Positions 12,149-23,458 of a stretch of 64,000 nt of DNA are shown piece by piece (the stretch's first letter is position 1; each line of letters begins with the position of its first letter). The notes below the pieces were generated by a model. It searched no databases. It had not been told where the DNA came from and saw only the letters and a list, made by a program, of their open reading frames with translations. Both the position numbers and the translations under genes were made by a program. Source of the stretch: Diplonema japonicum (lineage: Eukaryota; Protista; Euglenozoa: Diplonemea); the NCBI GenBank assembly GCA_964019335.1, contig OZ025656.1, forward strand, positions 744,001-808,000, given 5' to 3'.

Positions 12149-13354
12149 ATGGCAGACGACAACACGTGCGACTTGAAAAGGCTGCCTGATGTGATAGAAA
12201 GTGAGGCGAAGAGGCAGAAGGTTTTGGGAGATGCAGTTGTAGAGCAGATGGAACGGCTGCTGCAGAAGCTCGACGAGGTAAAGGAGGGAATTAAGGACGG
12301 GAGTATCTCTTGCAGGGAGGGTTTGCGGAGCTTCAAGGATGAAGCTTTAGAAGTGGAGAAGATGACTGAACAATGTGTGAAGGAAAAGAATGCGCATCTA
12401 GTGTCGGTGTCGGAACAGATAGAGGACATGTTTTCCCCTGCGGAGATCTACCATGACACGGACGACAACGGCGTACCATGGGTCGACCGCAAGGAGCCTA
12501 TCCTCCGAATAATCGGGGCACACCTCTACAGCTCCGGCAACACGGAGACTGCAAGAACCTTCGAAGAAGAGGCAGGCATCACCATCGATGAGTCAGAGCG
12601 CTCGCAGTACAAAGGTCTCTACGAGCTGATCAACGCACTGCGAAACAGCGACTTGCAGCCTGTCCAGGACTGGATTGCAACTACCACATCCTCAGTTTCT
12701 AAGGAAGCAGCCGGCATCATACGCCTACAGTCTCAACTGCAAGAGCTTCGATTCAATGTGCACAAGCTGATAGTGATCCAGCACATTAGAAACAGGGACC
12801 AACAGAAGGCTCTGATTCACATAAGGAAACACCTTGCTGTCGAACATGACAATGAGAAGAAATGGCTGACGGTTAAGCGCCTGATCGGGTCACTGGTGTT
12901 TGTTGGCAGTGAGGCGCGCAGTCCTTATGAGTTTATGCAGGGGAGCATTGACAGCTTGTGGAAAGAGCTCGAAGCAAATGTCACTAACTGCTGGTGCAAC
13001 TATACACAGGTCCCGAAGCACCCACACCTCTTGACATGCCTAGCCGCTGGTGGTGAGGTCATGCCCACACTGCAGCGGTACCTAGCACTTCCTTTAGTGT
13101 TCCGTAAAGCCCGGGAATTGCATGTGCCTGTCCTTCCTAAAGGCATGCTGTTCCGTTCCTCTATCTCGTGCCCTGTCACACAACAGGTCACGACCTCCGG
13201 CGACGGTGAGAACCCCGCTATGCTGCTCCCTTGCTACCACGTTATCTCCAAGGCGGCAGTCGACTCCCTCGTGAGGCACCCTAACGACATGCTGAAGTGC
13301 CCTTATTGCCCTAGCGAGTGCAGGAATTCTGAATGCCTGCCATTGTTTATATAA
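12149..13354 (+). CDS. RMND5: CTLH/GID complex RING subunit (Rmd5/Gid2-like)
   Basis: LisH-like (IIGAHLYSSGNTETARTFEEEAG), CTLH/CRA region and C-terminal degenerate RING (SCPV..PAMLLPCYHVIS..LKCPYCP). Confidence 0.85.
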   Translation: MADDNTCDLKRLPDVIESEAKRQKVLGDAVVEQMERLLQKLDEVKEGIKDGSISCREGLRSFKDEALEVEKMTEQCVKEKNAHLVSVSEQIEDMFSPAEIYHDTDDNGVPWVDRKEPILRIIGAHLYSSGNTETARTFEEEAGITIDESERSQYKGLYELINALRNSDLQPVQDWIATTTSSVSKEAAGIIRLQSQLQELRFNVHKLIVIQHIRNRDQQKALIHIRKHLAVEHDNEKKWLTVKRLIGSLVFVGSEARSPYEFMQGSIDSLWKELEANVTNCWCNYTQVPKHPHLLTCLAAGGEVMPTLQRYLALPLVFRKARELHVPVLPKGMLFRSSISCPVTQQVTTSGDGENPAMLLPCYHVISKAAVDSLVRHPNDMLKCPYCPSECRNSECLPLFI

Positions 13355-13449
13355 TACACCCAACGAAGGTTTTACTAACTATGCTTAGTGTTTTTTTCTT
13401 CATTCTGTTTCATCTTAGTTGCAACTTCATTCTCAGTTACTTTGGTAAC

Positions 13450-15538
13450 ATGACGTCGCTTGCACCGTCGATAGAGGAGCGCTTAACAAGGCACGAGGAC
13501 GTGCTGAGGAGTTACAAAGACAAGTTCGAGGAGCACAAGAAATGGTTGCAGGGGCAGAGAGACATGCCGTCCTTCGTAGCGAAGGACACAAGCAATGCAT
13601 GGGACGACATGAGCGGCACGGAGGAGACAGAGACCGTTATCACGACACTGAGGTCGGCACCCGTGCACGAGACGCTCATCGAGAAAGGGAAGCTGTACGA
13701 GCAGAAGAAGGAGGCTGCCAGAGAGGAGGCAATACGAAGGGAGATGGGACAGCTGAGGGAAAAGCCGAGGATTTCCAAGCATGGAGCCTCTAAGTCTTAC
13801 GAGAAGCCAATAGAAGAAAGGTTTATGGAGTTGGAAGCAAAAAGGCAGAAAGATCTTAAAGATGCCATTGAGGGAAGGAAGGAGGATGCACCCCAGTACT
13901 CGTTCAGGCCCACTATTACGCGGAAAGGAAAACAAGCATCGGTGAGAACCAACTCAGGCACACAGAACGATGCGTGGAAGCAGAGGAGGGACCAGAAACT
14001 GGCTGAGGCGCGCAGCAGGCTTGTGGTCGAGTCGCTGTCCGAGATGCAGGAGGCACCTATTATCAATGAGCACTCACAGCGATTGGTGGATAAGAAGAAG
14101 AGGGACGAATCGACGCAAGGCAGAGGGCCGCACTACACCCATGCCGATTCCCTCCTCGAGAGAGACAGGCTTGCCAAATTGCACCTGTGGGAAAGGTACC
14201 AGCAGGAGCTGGTGGAACAGCAGCCTGGGAACCCGAAGATTACACCATTTGCTGCAGGCCTTGTGCGCGACGGAGACACACACATTCGTCTGTACGACCA
14301 GTCGTTTGACCGTGAGGAGAGGAAGAACTACCTGCTTCAGAAGAAGCTCGACGCAGAGGGGAGCGAGTGTTACCACACGCCGCGTATCACAATGAACGCA
14401 GCGAACATGAGGAGGGAGATGCCTGTCGAGGATGACTTGCTTGAGAGACATGAGATGTCAAAGAGCAAGAAGGAGGAAGGCATGAAGCAGGTCCTCGTGC
14501 GCGAGCGCCACCTGCACCAGCCTGCCATCAACCCGGTCTCCGATGAGATAGCAAGCAGGTTATCACAGACAGCGCGCGAGAGACTCTACAGTCCTAGAGC
14601 GGACTACTCTGCGCTTCAGCAATTCCCCTCTCAAATGTCCCAGCACTCCTCGATGTCATCCTTTGAGTCCAAGCCCAGGCAAAGGAGGTCGGGGTCGCTG
14701 GATTTCCACGCGAGAGGTGAGCGGGGTAGGGAGCTCAGCACTAAACGCCTAGACGCACTGAGAGGGCAACAGGAGAGTCAGATCATGCAGGACTGTACCT
14801 TCAAGCCGAAGATATGCAGGGCACCGCTGGAGATGAAGAGCATGGACTTCCTGGACAGGACAACGCAGCGCATGAAGAAGAAGGACGACAAGCTAAAGCA
14901 GGCGAGGGACGAGCGTGACAAGAAGGAAGAGATGGAGTGCCCGTTCACTCCGAATGTGGGGTACTTAGGAAGGCCCATGGACAGGGACGACAATAATATC
15001 TACGGTGGCGATGGGAAGGCGTGGGGGTACCAGGACTTCGTGGAGCGACACCGTGCTGCACGGAAACAGCAGGCGGAGAAGGAGACGGGTGGGTGGGTGA
15101 CTGGGAAGAACTGGACAAACGAAGTGACGACACCGAGGGGTTTCAGTCTAGGTAAGAGGGACAAGCCTGTTCCGAATGTGAAGAGCCTGTCCAAGCCGCT
15201 GTCCCCGCCGAGGGCAGTCGAAGGAGAATACTACGAGGAGGGGGACTACGGAGATGAAATGCAAGACCCTAGGGACCTCCCACAGCAAGGACTTTTCAGT
15301 GAAGGTGCCCAGACAATCCTTGACTACACGCCACACACCGGCCGCGAGGCATCAGGCTCCCAGCAGCAGTACCAACCACAGCAAAGCGGTATGTTGTTTA
15401 TTTATTTTAAAAGGAAATTCACTTCCAACAGCTATTCCTGCGGCATGGGAGGCATCCCGTAACCCCGCCCCTGGCCCTGCTCCTGTTTCCGCATGGGAAG
15501 CGCCGTACCCTTCTTGGAACCCTAGCTCGCAGCGTTAG
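13450..15538 (+). CDS. Charged coiled-coil protein with repeated (F/H)xPxI motifs (intron 15389-15431)
   Basis: Repeats YSFRPTIT, CYHTPRIT, LHQPAIN, CTFKPKI, CPFTPNV between charged helices. A 43-nt intron joins the last exon (AIPAAWEASR..SSQR*). Confidence 0.75.
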
Positions 15539-16066
15539 ATTGCTTTTTTTTTTATTGTAAAGTTGTTTGTCCCTCCCTGCGCACAGCACAGAGATGCCGT
15601 GGATAGTAAGTTAGAATTGTCAGGTGTTAAAGAACGGATGCTTTTTAACGGATCCTTTTTCATATTTTTAAAGACAGGTTTCTTTTTTTTTTTGTTGTAG
15701 AACTCCCTCCCCCCCTCCCTTCTCACTTCATCGTTTCACTTCTTGCGCCCCTCTTTCGTTTTTTAAACTCCCTTTCTTATAGATGCAAGAAAGGAAACTA
15801 GGAGAAACGCTCGCCTTCTTTGACGATGGTGGGCACTTCACGTAACCATGATTATAATAAGTACCCTTTTTTTTGTTGTGTTTTTTTTTAAACTTGTTTC
15901 CCCGTCCCTTTTCCCCTACTAAACAATGCGGTGCTATTCTTTTGATTCTTTACCCCCCCCCCCCTTTCCATTCCATTAGAGATTAGTATTCTTTTTCATT
16001 TTTATTTACCCCTCCCCATATACCCCATCTGAAACCCAGTCATTTAGGCACCCCGCACGATGCGAG

Positions 16067-17047
16067 ATGACAGTTACATATGATTCGAAGAATATTGTGA
16101 AGAATCTCTTCAAGTTAGAGGGTAGTGCTATTAGGAATATTAAAAGCCCGTTAGTATATGTAGTATTGCTGTGTTTAATTGCGTGCATCAGCTTTCAGTG
16201 GGTAGGGCTTGACAGGGTCAGCTCTCTGGCTGATGAAACGCTGCTCGGATTCACCTTGACGCCGATTGCACTTCTGTTGATCTTTAAGTCCAGGATCGCG
16301 TACAATAAGTTCTGGCAGGGCCGCGGAGACCTTGGGAGGATCATATGGGGGTGCATCAACCTCAACAGGATGGCCGTGTCGTACACGAGGGAGGGCGCGC
16401 ACTGTCAGGAGATGAGAGAGATGGTTTTCAGGCTGACGAACCTTGTCATGTGCATCACTTGTGAGGAGTTAATGGGATCGTGGAAATACTCACAAAAGCA
16501 TGTTAAGGGGAAATGGGTCACTAAAAAGGAGGCTGCGATACTACACGCAACAAGCAGCAAAGCGTGTGTTGTGTTGCAGTGGCTTGCTGTGCTTTTCGGG
16601 AGATGGTCTGAGGACGCCGCCATCAGTGATATGGCAAGATCATCGATCTACCTGCTGACTTTGATAGACGGGAACATAAAGAACACCGCCAGCAACAAGG
16701 AGTTGCTCATTCCGTTCCCGTACATACAGTTGCTCAATGGTGGGCTGTTGCTCGTGTTTACTTACATGCCTTTCACTTTTGTGTTCGATTTCGCATGGGG
16801 CACCATCCCCGTCGTCACCGCCCTGGCTGTCGCCTTCTTCGGCCTCAACGCCGTCGCAGACGAGATCTCTGATCCCTTCGGCACCGACACCAACGACTTA
16901 CCCCTTACGGGCATGTGTGAGTCCCTGCAGTTCATCACAACCACCATCCACGTCATGCCGCCGGAGCGTGTGGCCCTTCTCATCGACGGCGAGGACTGTC
17001 CCTCCTTCGACGAGTTCATGCGTTCCAAAACCCCACCAAAACAATGA
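16067..17047 (+). CDS. Bestrophin-family (RFP-TM/YneE-like) anion channel
   Basis: MTVTY N-terminus, LLLIFKSRIAYNKFWQGR, IPFPYIQLL, EISDPFGTDTNDLP, about four hydrophobic segments. Confidence 0.88.
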   Translation: MTVTYDSKNIVKNLFKLEGSAIRNIKSPLVYVVLLCLIACISFQWVGLDRVSSLADETLLGFTLTPIALLLIFKSRIAYNKFWQGRGDLGRIIWGCINLNRMAVSYTREGAHCQEMREMVFRLTNLVMCITCEELMGSWKYSQKHVKGKWVTKKEAAILHATSSKACVVLQWLAVLFGRWSEDAAISDMARSSIYLLTLIDGNIKNTASNKELLIPFPYIQLLNGGLLLVFTYMPFTFVFDFAWGTIPVVTALAVAFFGLNAVADEISDPFGTDTNDLPLTGMCESLQFITTTIHVMPPERVALLIDGEDCPSFDEFMRSKTPPKQ

Positions 17048-17145
17048 AGCGCCTTGTCAGGTGTTCTGTTAACAAGTGATTTAAAAAAAAATGATAAAGT
17101 TAAGAATGGGCACCCGTGGCTCCCTTCAGAGCACTACAGGACAAT

Positions 17146-17986
17146 ATGATGCGGCGGACATTCCTGGTCCTGTGCGCGAAGCCAAATTTCAGAAGGTCAT
17201 CATGGGAGATACTCGGGGTGGACAGGATGTCGACGCCGGATGAGATCAAGGTAGCGTACCAGAAATTGATTTCAGAGCACCACCCTGATAAGGGGGGCAA
17301 TAATGAAGAGTTCCAGAAGGTTTACAATGCATACCAAGAGGTGCTGAAAGGCGCACCGGCGCACCTTTTATACGGAAAAGAAACGCAGAAAGAGAAGGCA
17401 GAAGAGTTCGCGAAGGGTAAAGTAGAAGGTTTGCTGAGCAGGTTAGGGTTGAAGGCGCGATGGGAGATGATTGGGAACCCACACGTAAACGACAGGGCAG
17501 GTGGGAGCGTGCAGAGGAAGCTTATCGTTGCAGGGTCGTTGTACTGGTTCCTAGTTGCGTGCAGCCCAGGGAGGCCGCTGTACATTTTTTACCTGCTAAT
17601 GGCGCTGGGCTTCGACTACGTAACAGGGTGGGTTATGATTTATTTTGTATTTTTTTCCCTGCTGTGGTATTCACTGTACAGCCGACAAGTCCCAGGGTTC
17701 TTCTCTTCTGGAGGTGCTTACTGGGCCTTCGACAGGCCTAATGCGCTCACCATGGCGTACGGCATCCCTAACTACACGACCCCTCAGAACCAAAAGGTCC
17801 TTCCCGGCCACAACAACAAAGGGTACAGGCATCTTCTCGAGGTATGCAATGTTGATACACGAACAATCATAACAGGCGAACACACTCGAGCCCTCGGTTG
17901 AAGAGGTGAAGAGCCCTATGAGGAGGACCAGTCTGAATGAGGACGCCAACGCGCTTCCCCTGAAAGACATGCCCCTGAAAAGCTAG
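17146..17986 (+). CDS. DnaJ-domain membrane protein, probably mitochondrial (intron 17842-17875)
   Basis: WEILGV..EIKVAYQKL..HHPDKGG..FQKVYNAYQ J-domain with HPD; MMRRTF presequence-like start; hydrophobic segments downstream. Confidence 0.8.
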
Positions 17987-18068
17987 ATATTTTTGTAGTG
18001 CACTATTGCGGTCAGTCTTTTTATTCACCCGTGCCGCATCTTAAGCCCACTCAGCATGCGATGTTGCA

Positions 18069-20333
18069 ATGTGCTTCGTTCGTATTGCAAAGGAGCTGTT
18101 CAGAAGACCCTGTGCTGAGACGCAGCAAGCCTTATACGACTTGGCGGGGCGATGCGTGAAAGAGAAGACGCTTCACACATATGAATATTCGGAACTTCTC
18201 ACAGTGTTTGCGAGGGGCGCTGTTGCTCATCAAGGGTTCATAGAAAGCAGCGCTGAGGCACTGGATGCTGTAGAGCAGGGACGGGAAGGGATGACAGCCT
18301 GTACACTTGTTGATGTGGTGTGGGCATATGAGAGCCTCTCAGCCCATAAAGAAAGCTTGAGGAGCCTGCAGCTGATAGCGAAGAGCAAAGGGGATCATGA
18401 GGGATATATCTCGTTGGAGAAGGTTGTAAGATTACTGAAGAGGACTGTGAAAATGGCTGAGTACGAGATACCAAGCAAAAAGGCTGTGAGGCAACTATCC
18501 CAACGAGTAGCCGCGCGGCCTTACTTGTACGAGCCATCAGAGCACTGTGCATGGCTCAATATGATGGTTGTGGCTGGAGAACATGACATGGCAGAAAGCC
18601 TCGCAAAGCACTACGACAGGTCTGGGCTTGCCATCCTGTTCACACCATCGGAGGCCGTCGCGGCACTGACTCATCTTGTCGACTGTGGGAGCACTCACAA
18701 CCTGAAGCACCTAGTGCAACAGGCTGCAACTGGCACCTTGAACCAAGCCGTCTTTGCCATCCGAGTCATGATGCAAAACTATGAGCCTTCACTGCAGACT
18801 ACACTCGAAGAGCTTCTGGACGAGATGTACAACAGGGCGGAAGGGTCTGTCTGCAAGGTTGCTCTGATACACTTATGTGGTGAATTTCTGGACAAATCGC
18901 TCTGCGTGCAAAGGGTGGAGAAGCTGCTGTCACTCATCAAACCGTCAGAACTGAGCTTGGTTGCTTTGTTAGGATACATTCGAGTTGTGAGAGGCAGGAA
19001 TGAATTCGCAATGCGTGAAGCACTGGCATTGAACCCCCAGCTTATGCCGCCAGCGCATGGGATTCGGTTCGTAGAGGAACTTGTAAATGGGATCGAGAAG
19101 GGCTTCGTAACAGTGGCGAGAGTACGGGAGGTGATAAAGAGGCTGACAAGCAGGCCGCTGTGTGCATCGCCGAATGACATTGCGTCACTATTGTGGTCTG
19201 CAGCAAAGACTGATACTACGGTCCCTACAGACGTCCTCTCGCTATTCGCAAAGCTGAAGATGCGCCCCAGTACTTTGCTATGTACGAATGTCTTGTGGTA
19301 CATTTCAAAGTCGATGCAAAGAAACACTGAAATAGAAAACACCTGTTTGGAGTACCTATCTTCTAGAGATCCAAAACGGTTTCCGTTTCACATCCAGCGA
19401 AGACTCCTGTCTTCTTTTCTGAAGTTCAAGAAGTACCCACAGCCCTTAAGCTCACTACTTCTCGGAAGCATTGCTAAGGAAACATCAGCTTCTTCGTATA
19501 GACTGCTTCTTTCTGTGTATTGTAAGCACCCAGATCTCACATCAGCGACAACGAAGGACATGCTGCTCGCGCGGCAGCCTTGCATGGTTCGGGATATGAC
19601 GTCAGAATCACTAGTGTCTCTATTCCAGGTCGCAGTCCGCGAAAGACTCAATGAGGAGCTCGAAATACAGATCCTTGAAGCTATGGGTTCAAAGCTGAAG
19701 ACATCTCACTTTAATATAGACCAGTGCTGCAAGGTGTTTTCCGTTCTAGAGCGCGCGAATGGCCTAGGCGGCACCGAGGGGTTGAAATGGACGTCGAAGA
19801 TAACGAGTGCGGTGGGAGACCGCGTGTGGCAGGAGAGAGACAAGATCAGCGGGCGCCAAGCAGCTGATTTGTTGATCAGTATTGCTCGAGTACAGATGCC
19901 AAAGTTTATGTTAAGCCATATGACACTGGCTGTGCAAGCAAGCGTGGAGAAAGGCGATCTGAGCCCGTATCGCGTGGCGCAGGTGTGTTCATCATTGGCC
20001 TCACTTAGAGCGGGGCACACAATAGCAGCAAGTATGGGCTTGAGCTGCGCGCGTCAGTTTACTCCGCAGGAGGCTACTAGCGTCCTCCTTTCATGCGCTA
20101 CGCTGCAGACCGCTTCGCCTGCCTTGTGGAAGGAGTTGGGGACAAAACTTGAGCCGTTTATACCCACACTCCCCGCAGTCGCTGTCAGGGACCTCATTAT
20201 GGCCCTTGCTGCGTCACGTCTCGAGCACCGCCCTTTCATAGACATTATCCAAGCGCGTATCAGAGCTTTTGAGCCGTTAGCCTCTTTACCACAGTCACAG
20301 TTTTCTGTGCTGTCAGAGTTTTTAAAACAGTAG
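18069..20333 (+). CDS. Alpha-helical repeat protein (FASTK/RAP-associated-repeat-like, putative organellar RNA binding)
   Basis: 754-aa intronless ORF with recurring motifs (DIASLLWSAAK, CTNVLWYISK, AQVCSSLASL, TSVLLSCATL, DLIMALAASRL). The function is inferred only. Confidence 0.6.
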   Translation: MCFVRIAKELFRRPCAETQQALYDLAGRCVKEKTLHTYEYSELLTVFARGAVAHQGFIESSAEALDAVEQGREGMTACTLVDVVWAYESLSAHKESLRSLQLIAKSKGDHEGYISLEKVVRLLKRTVKMAEYEIPSKKAVRQLSQRVAARPYLYEPSEHCAWLNMMVVAGEHDMAESLAKHYDRSGLAILFTPSEAVAALTHLVDCGSTHNLKHLVQQAATGTLNQAVFAIRVMMQNYEPSLQTTLEELLDEMYNRAEGSVCKVALIHLCGEFLDKSLCVQRVEKLLSLIKPSELSLVALLGYIRVVRGRNEFAMREALALNPQLMPPAHGIRFVEELVNGIEKGFVTVARVREVIKRLTSRPLCASPNDIASLLWSAAKTDTTVPTDVLSLFAKLKMRPSTLLCTNVLWYISKSMQRNTEIENTCLEYLSSRDPKRFPFHIQRRLLSSFLKFKKYPQPLSSLLLGSIAKETSASSYRLLLSVYCKHPDLTSATTKDMLLARQPCMVRDMTSESLVSLFQVAVRERLNEELEIQILEAMGSKLKTSHFNIDQCCKVFSVLERANGLGGTEGLKWTSKITSAVGDRVWQERDKISGRQAADLLISIARVQMPKFMLSHMTLAVQASVEKGDLSPYRVAQVCSSLASLRAGHTIAASMGLSCARQFTPQEATSVLLSCATLQTASPALWKELGTKLEPFIPTLPAVAVRDLIMALAASRLEHRPFIDIIQARIRAFEPLASLPQSQFSVLSEFLKQ

Positions 20334-20375
20334 TCATTTTTTACCTTGTTCCTCAAAACGACACTATCATAGGCA

Positions 20376-21943
20376 ATGTCTGGGATAGCAGCGATTGCAG
20401 AGAGGTTGAAGAGGTCGGCCCTTGACCTTGAGAGCCGTCACAGGGAGGCCACAAGCACGTTGTCCATGCGGTCCCAATCAGCTACAAGAGGTAGGTCTCC
20501 AAGGCTGAGCCAGAGTCCTCGGGGGAGAGTGAAGAGCGTCATTGTGCCGTCGCGCGAGGTTACTGTGTGGGGTGAAAGGGACCAGGGACGGGACCATGCA
20601 TTGGAGGTTTTCCGTGACACCATCCACAGCAACCCCAAAGGTGTTACACTGTCTGCTTTCACGCAGAAGCTCACATCGTGCAACTTGGACCTTGAGGCCT
20701 CTGTCATTGAGGGTATCTTCCACAAGGCGGACGCTGACCGAGATGGGATACTTTGTTCCTCTGAGTTCGTTTCCTTGCAGCATACCTACCCTACTCTCGT
20801 TTCCTGCCTTTACAATCGCATCAACAGAGCGTTTAAGGAGAGAGCGGCGGAGGACGTGCTCGCTGCTAACAAGGCTAAACTGAACGCACTCTACGACGAG
20901 GACAGCAGGCATCAGAGGGGTATTGAATCGAAGCGTGAGGGCTTATCTGCAAGGATAGCTTCTCTTAAGGAGAAGCAGGTGGCAGCTGCTGAGTCCGAGG
21001 CAAAACTGAGGAATGTCAAGACAGCGCTGGAAGCTGCTGCTGAGGTATGTACACATACAAAAAGGGAACAAAGTGACAGAGTTGCGAAGCGAAGAACACA
21101 GAATACCACGTGTGCACTGCCAACTTCAGCAAGGCGAAGCAAGGGTCGCTGCGATGCCAGGAGAACATACAAGATGCTCAACGCCACAAGGATTTTGCAG
21201 TGCGACAGTTCAAAACACATGAGGCAAAAGAAGCAACGGCGACCGAGAGGCTGAGAGAAATGCAGGCCTTGGTCTTGGAACAAGAGAAGGAGGTGCAGAG
21301 GCACAAAATGCGCACGGAGCGTGCATACCGGGAAGTCGAACAGACAGCGAAGACTTACGACATGTTGCAAAAGGAGGCTGACAAGTACGAACGTGAGGTG
21401 AAAAAGGCAGAAACCGTCCTCCGTAGAATAGAAGGAGAGTTGCAGCAAGTGAATAACAAGAAGAGCAAATGTGAGGAGCACGCAGAAAAGGGCGCAAGAG
21501 AAGTGCAAGAAAGGGCTGCAGAGCGTGACTCTGCTACTAGACAGGTAGAAGATTTAACGAGCAAACTTGAGGAATTGGAAGAATGCAGAAGGACGGGAAA
21601 GACCGAGACCTTACAGAACATAAAGGCACAGGAAGATAATGTAAATAAGATCAAGCAGGAGATTGAGCAGGGGCGAGCAATGCAGTTGAAGATAGAGAGG
21701 GAAGAAGAAGACCCTGTGCTACACATGGAGGTGAAGCTCCGCAGACAGAGAGAGTCGTTGGAGGAGGAGGAGGAGAAGCTCAGGACACAACGGCACACGC
21801 TGAGCAAGATAACAGAAACCCATGACCCTCTAATTGATGACTTTCTGTCGCCGCGGGGCGCTAGATCCACTACGGGGGTAACGTACACCCCCAGTGACTT
21901 GTCCTCGAGCCCATCTCGCGTAGGGCGCGCCATGTACGGATGA
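20376..21943 (+). CDS. EF-hand plus long coiled-coil protein (intron 21045-21079)
   Basis: IFHKADADRDGILCSSEF EF-hand loop; a 35-nt intron joins the two ORFs in frame (AAAE|SCEAKNTEYHVCTANF). Confidence 0.8.
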
Positions 21944-22509
21944 TGTTGATATTGTTGATGTTGTTGTATTAGTGCTGTATTCTTGTTATTATAATTGAAC
22001 ACTTATATGGGATCCCATCGCCAAAGGTCATTTCGCGAACAACTGCCGGTGTGCCCCAATGCCTGAAACAATGTTCAGACCAGAATTCGATAAGATGACC
22101 CCAAGGGGTGATCCCTCTTTTGGATACTTCTTTGGATGCTTCTAGCCTGCTCTAGCCTATTGTGCTTTCTAGACCTAGAAAACCAAGTTTGGCCTGCGAG
22201 TAACTAAGATTGCATTTCTGGACACGTTCAGTATTTTTTTTGCAGGAACGAGTCTTTGACTTGTCTAAAGGGAACCTTAGCAACGTGTTTACGGCTTATA
22301 AGCTTCTACAGGTTTTCTACCCTTCACCTTGGAGATTTTTCAGAAGTTTCCAGCACTCCCTCGAGGAGGTGCAAGCCCGCAAGAGCTTCTGCCCTATCAG
22401 CTTTTGACGGTAGTGTAGTGGACTACCGTGGCTGTAACGGGTAACGGGGAATTAGGGCCGGCACCAGTAACGTTACTTGTAACCTTTAGCCATATATTTC
22501 ACAGTACAC

Positions 22510-23391
22510 ATGACTTCGATTCCGTCGCTGTCCCCTGCTGTATGTGCTGTGTGCGAGAAGGGCAGAGCAGAGATTGATTGCAATAACTGCAAGGTGGGGA
22601 TGTGTACAAGCTGCTCAGATGCACTGCACAAGGGCGCCTGCCACGTGACGTACCCTTACGGGCAGGCAGGTGTCGACATCAAGACATGCTCGAGACACGA
22701 CAAAGGTGTTGCGTACTGGTATGGGGGCAGTGTGGGGTGTGAGGATTGTTTTGATATATCAGTTCGCAGCAGCTTGCAAGACGAGTACCTGTCAACTCTT
22801 GACAGCCTACACACAAGCCTCAGACAGGTGGAGGATGTGATACGAGGTGTGGAGAGCGAGCTGAATAAATGCCACTCAGTCAAACAGCAGATACAGTCGA
22901 ACGGCGATGTCTTGCGTGCGGAAATCACAACGAAGTGCGAGGCAGCTGTGAAGACGCTGCAGGAAAGATGCACGCAGCTGTGCAACGAGGTTTCTATGAA
23001 AGAGATGAAGAAGTTGACGAAGGTATCGATTGAGGAAGATATTCTTCGAAGCACGCTGGCCAATGCGAGGACGCAGATTGATGACAGCAAAGGGCTCATG
23101 AAGCAAAGATGCAGCTGTGCTTTCTTTGGGAAAGGACGGGCAATGCACAAATTAAAAGAGAACAAGCACTTCCTTGAGGCCAATTCGGGATACCTGGACA
23201 TCTGCAAGACTGTGCCGAACTTTTGTCTTTCTTTCATCGCAGTAACCGATCTTGTCGACTGCATCAACACGCTAACGTTCGAGGAGGTGCGAGACAAAAG
23301 GAGTGAGGCACCCCCGCGCCACGACCCGCAAGTCGTGAAACCCTCCCCAAGCCTCATTCGCAGTATCATAGAGGCTTACGCAGCCCCCTGA
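22510..23391 (+). CDS. B-box zinc finger / coiled-coil protein
   Basis: CAVC..CNNC..MCTSCSDALH..H first B-box, CSRH..CEDC second B-box-like motif, then coiled coil. Confidence 0.78.
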   Translation: MTSIPSLSPAVCAVCEKGRAEIDCNNCKVGMCTSCSDALHKGACHVTYPYGQAGVDIKTCSRHDKGVAYWYGGSVGCEDCFDISVRSSLQDEYLSTLDSLHTSLRQVEDVIRGVESELNKCHSVKQQIQSNGDVLRAEITTKCEAAVKTLQERCTQLCNEVSMKEMKKLTKVSIEEDILRSTLANARTQIDDSKGLMKQRCSCAFFGKGRAMHKLKENKHFLEANSGYLDICKTVPNFCLSFIAVTDLVDCINTLTFEEVRDKRSEAPPRHDPQVVKPSPSLIRSIIEAYAAP

Positions 23392-23458
23392 TTACACAGT
23401 ATAGTTTGCCAATTATTATCTATTCTATTGTCATTTCAGCATCACGCCAACAGGTAGA

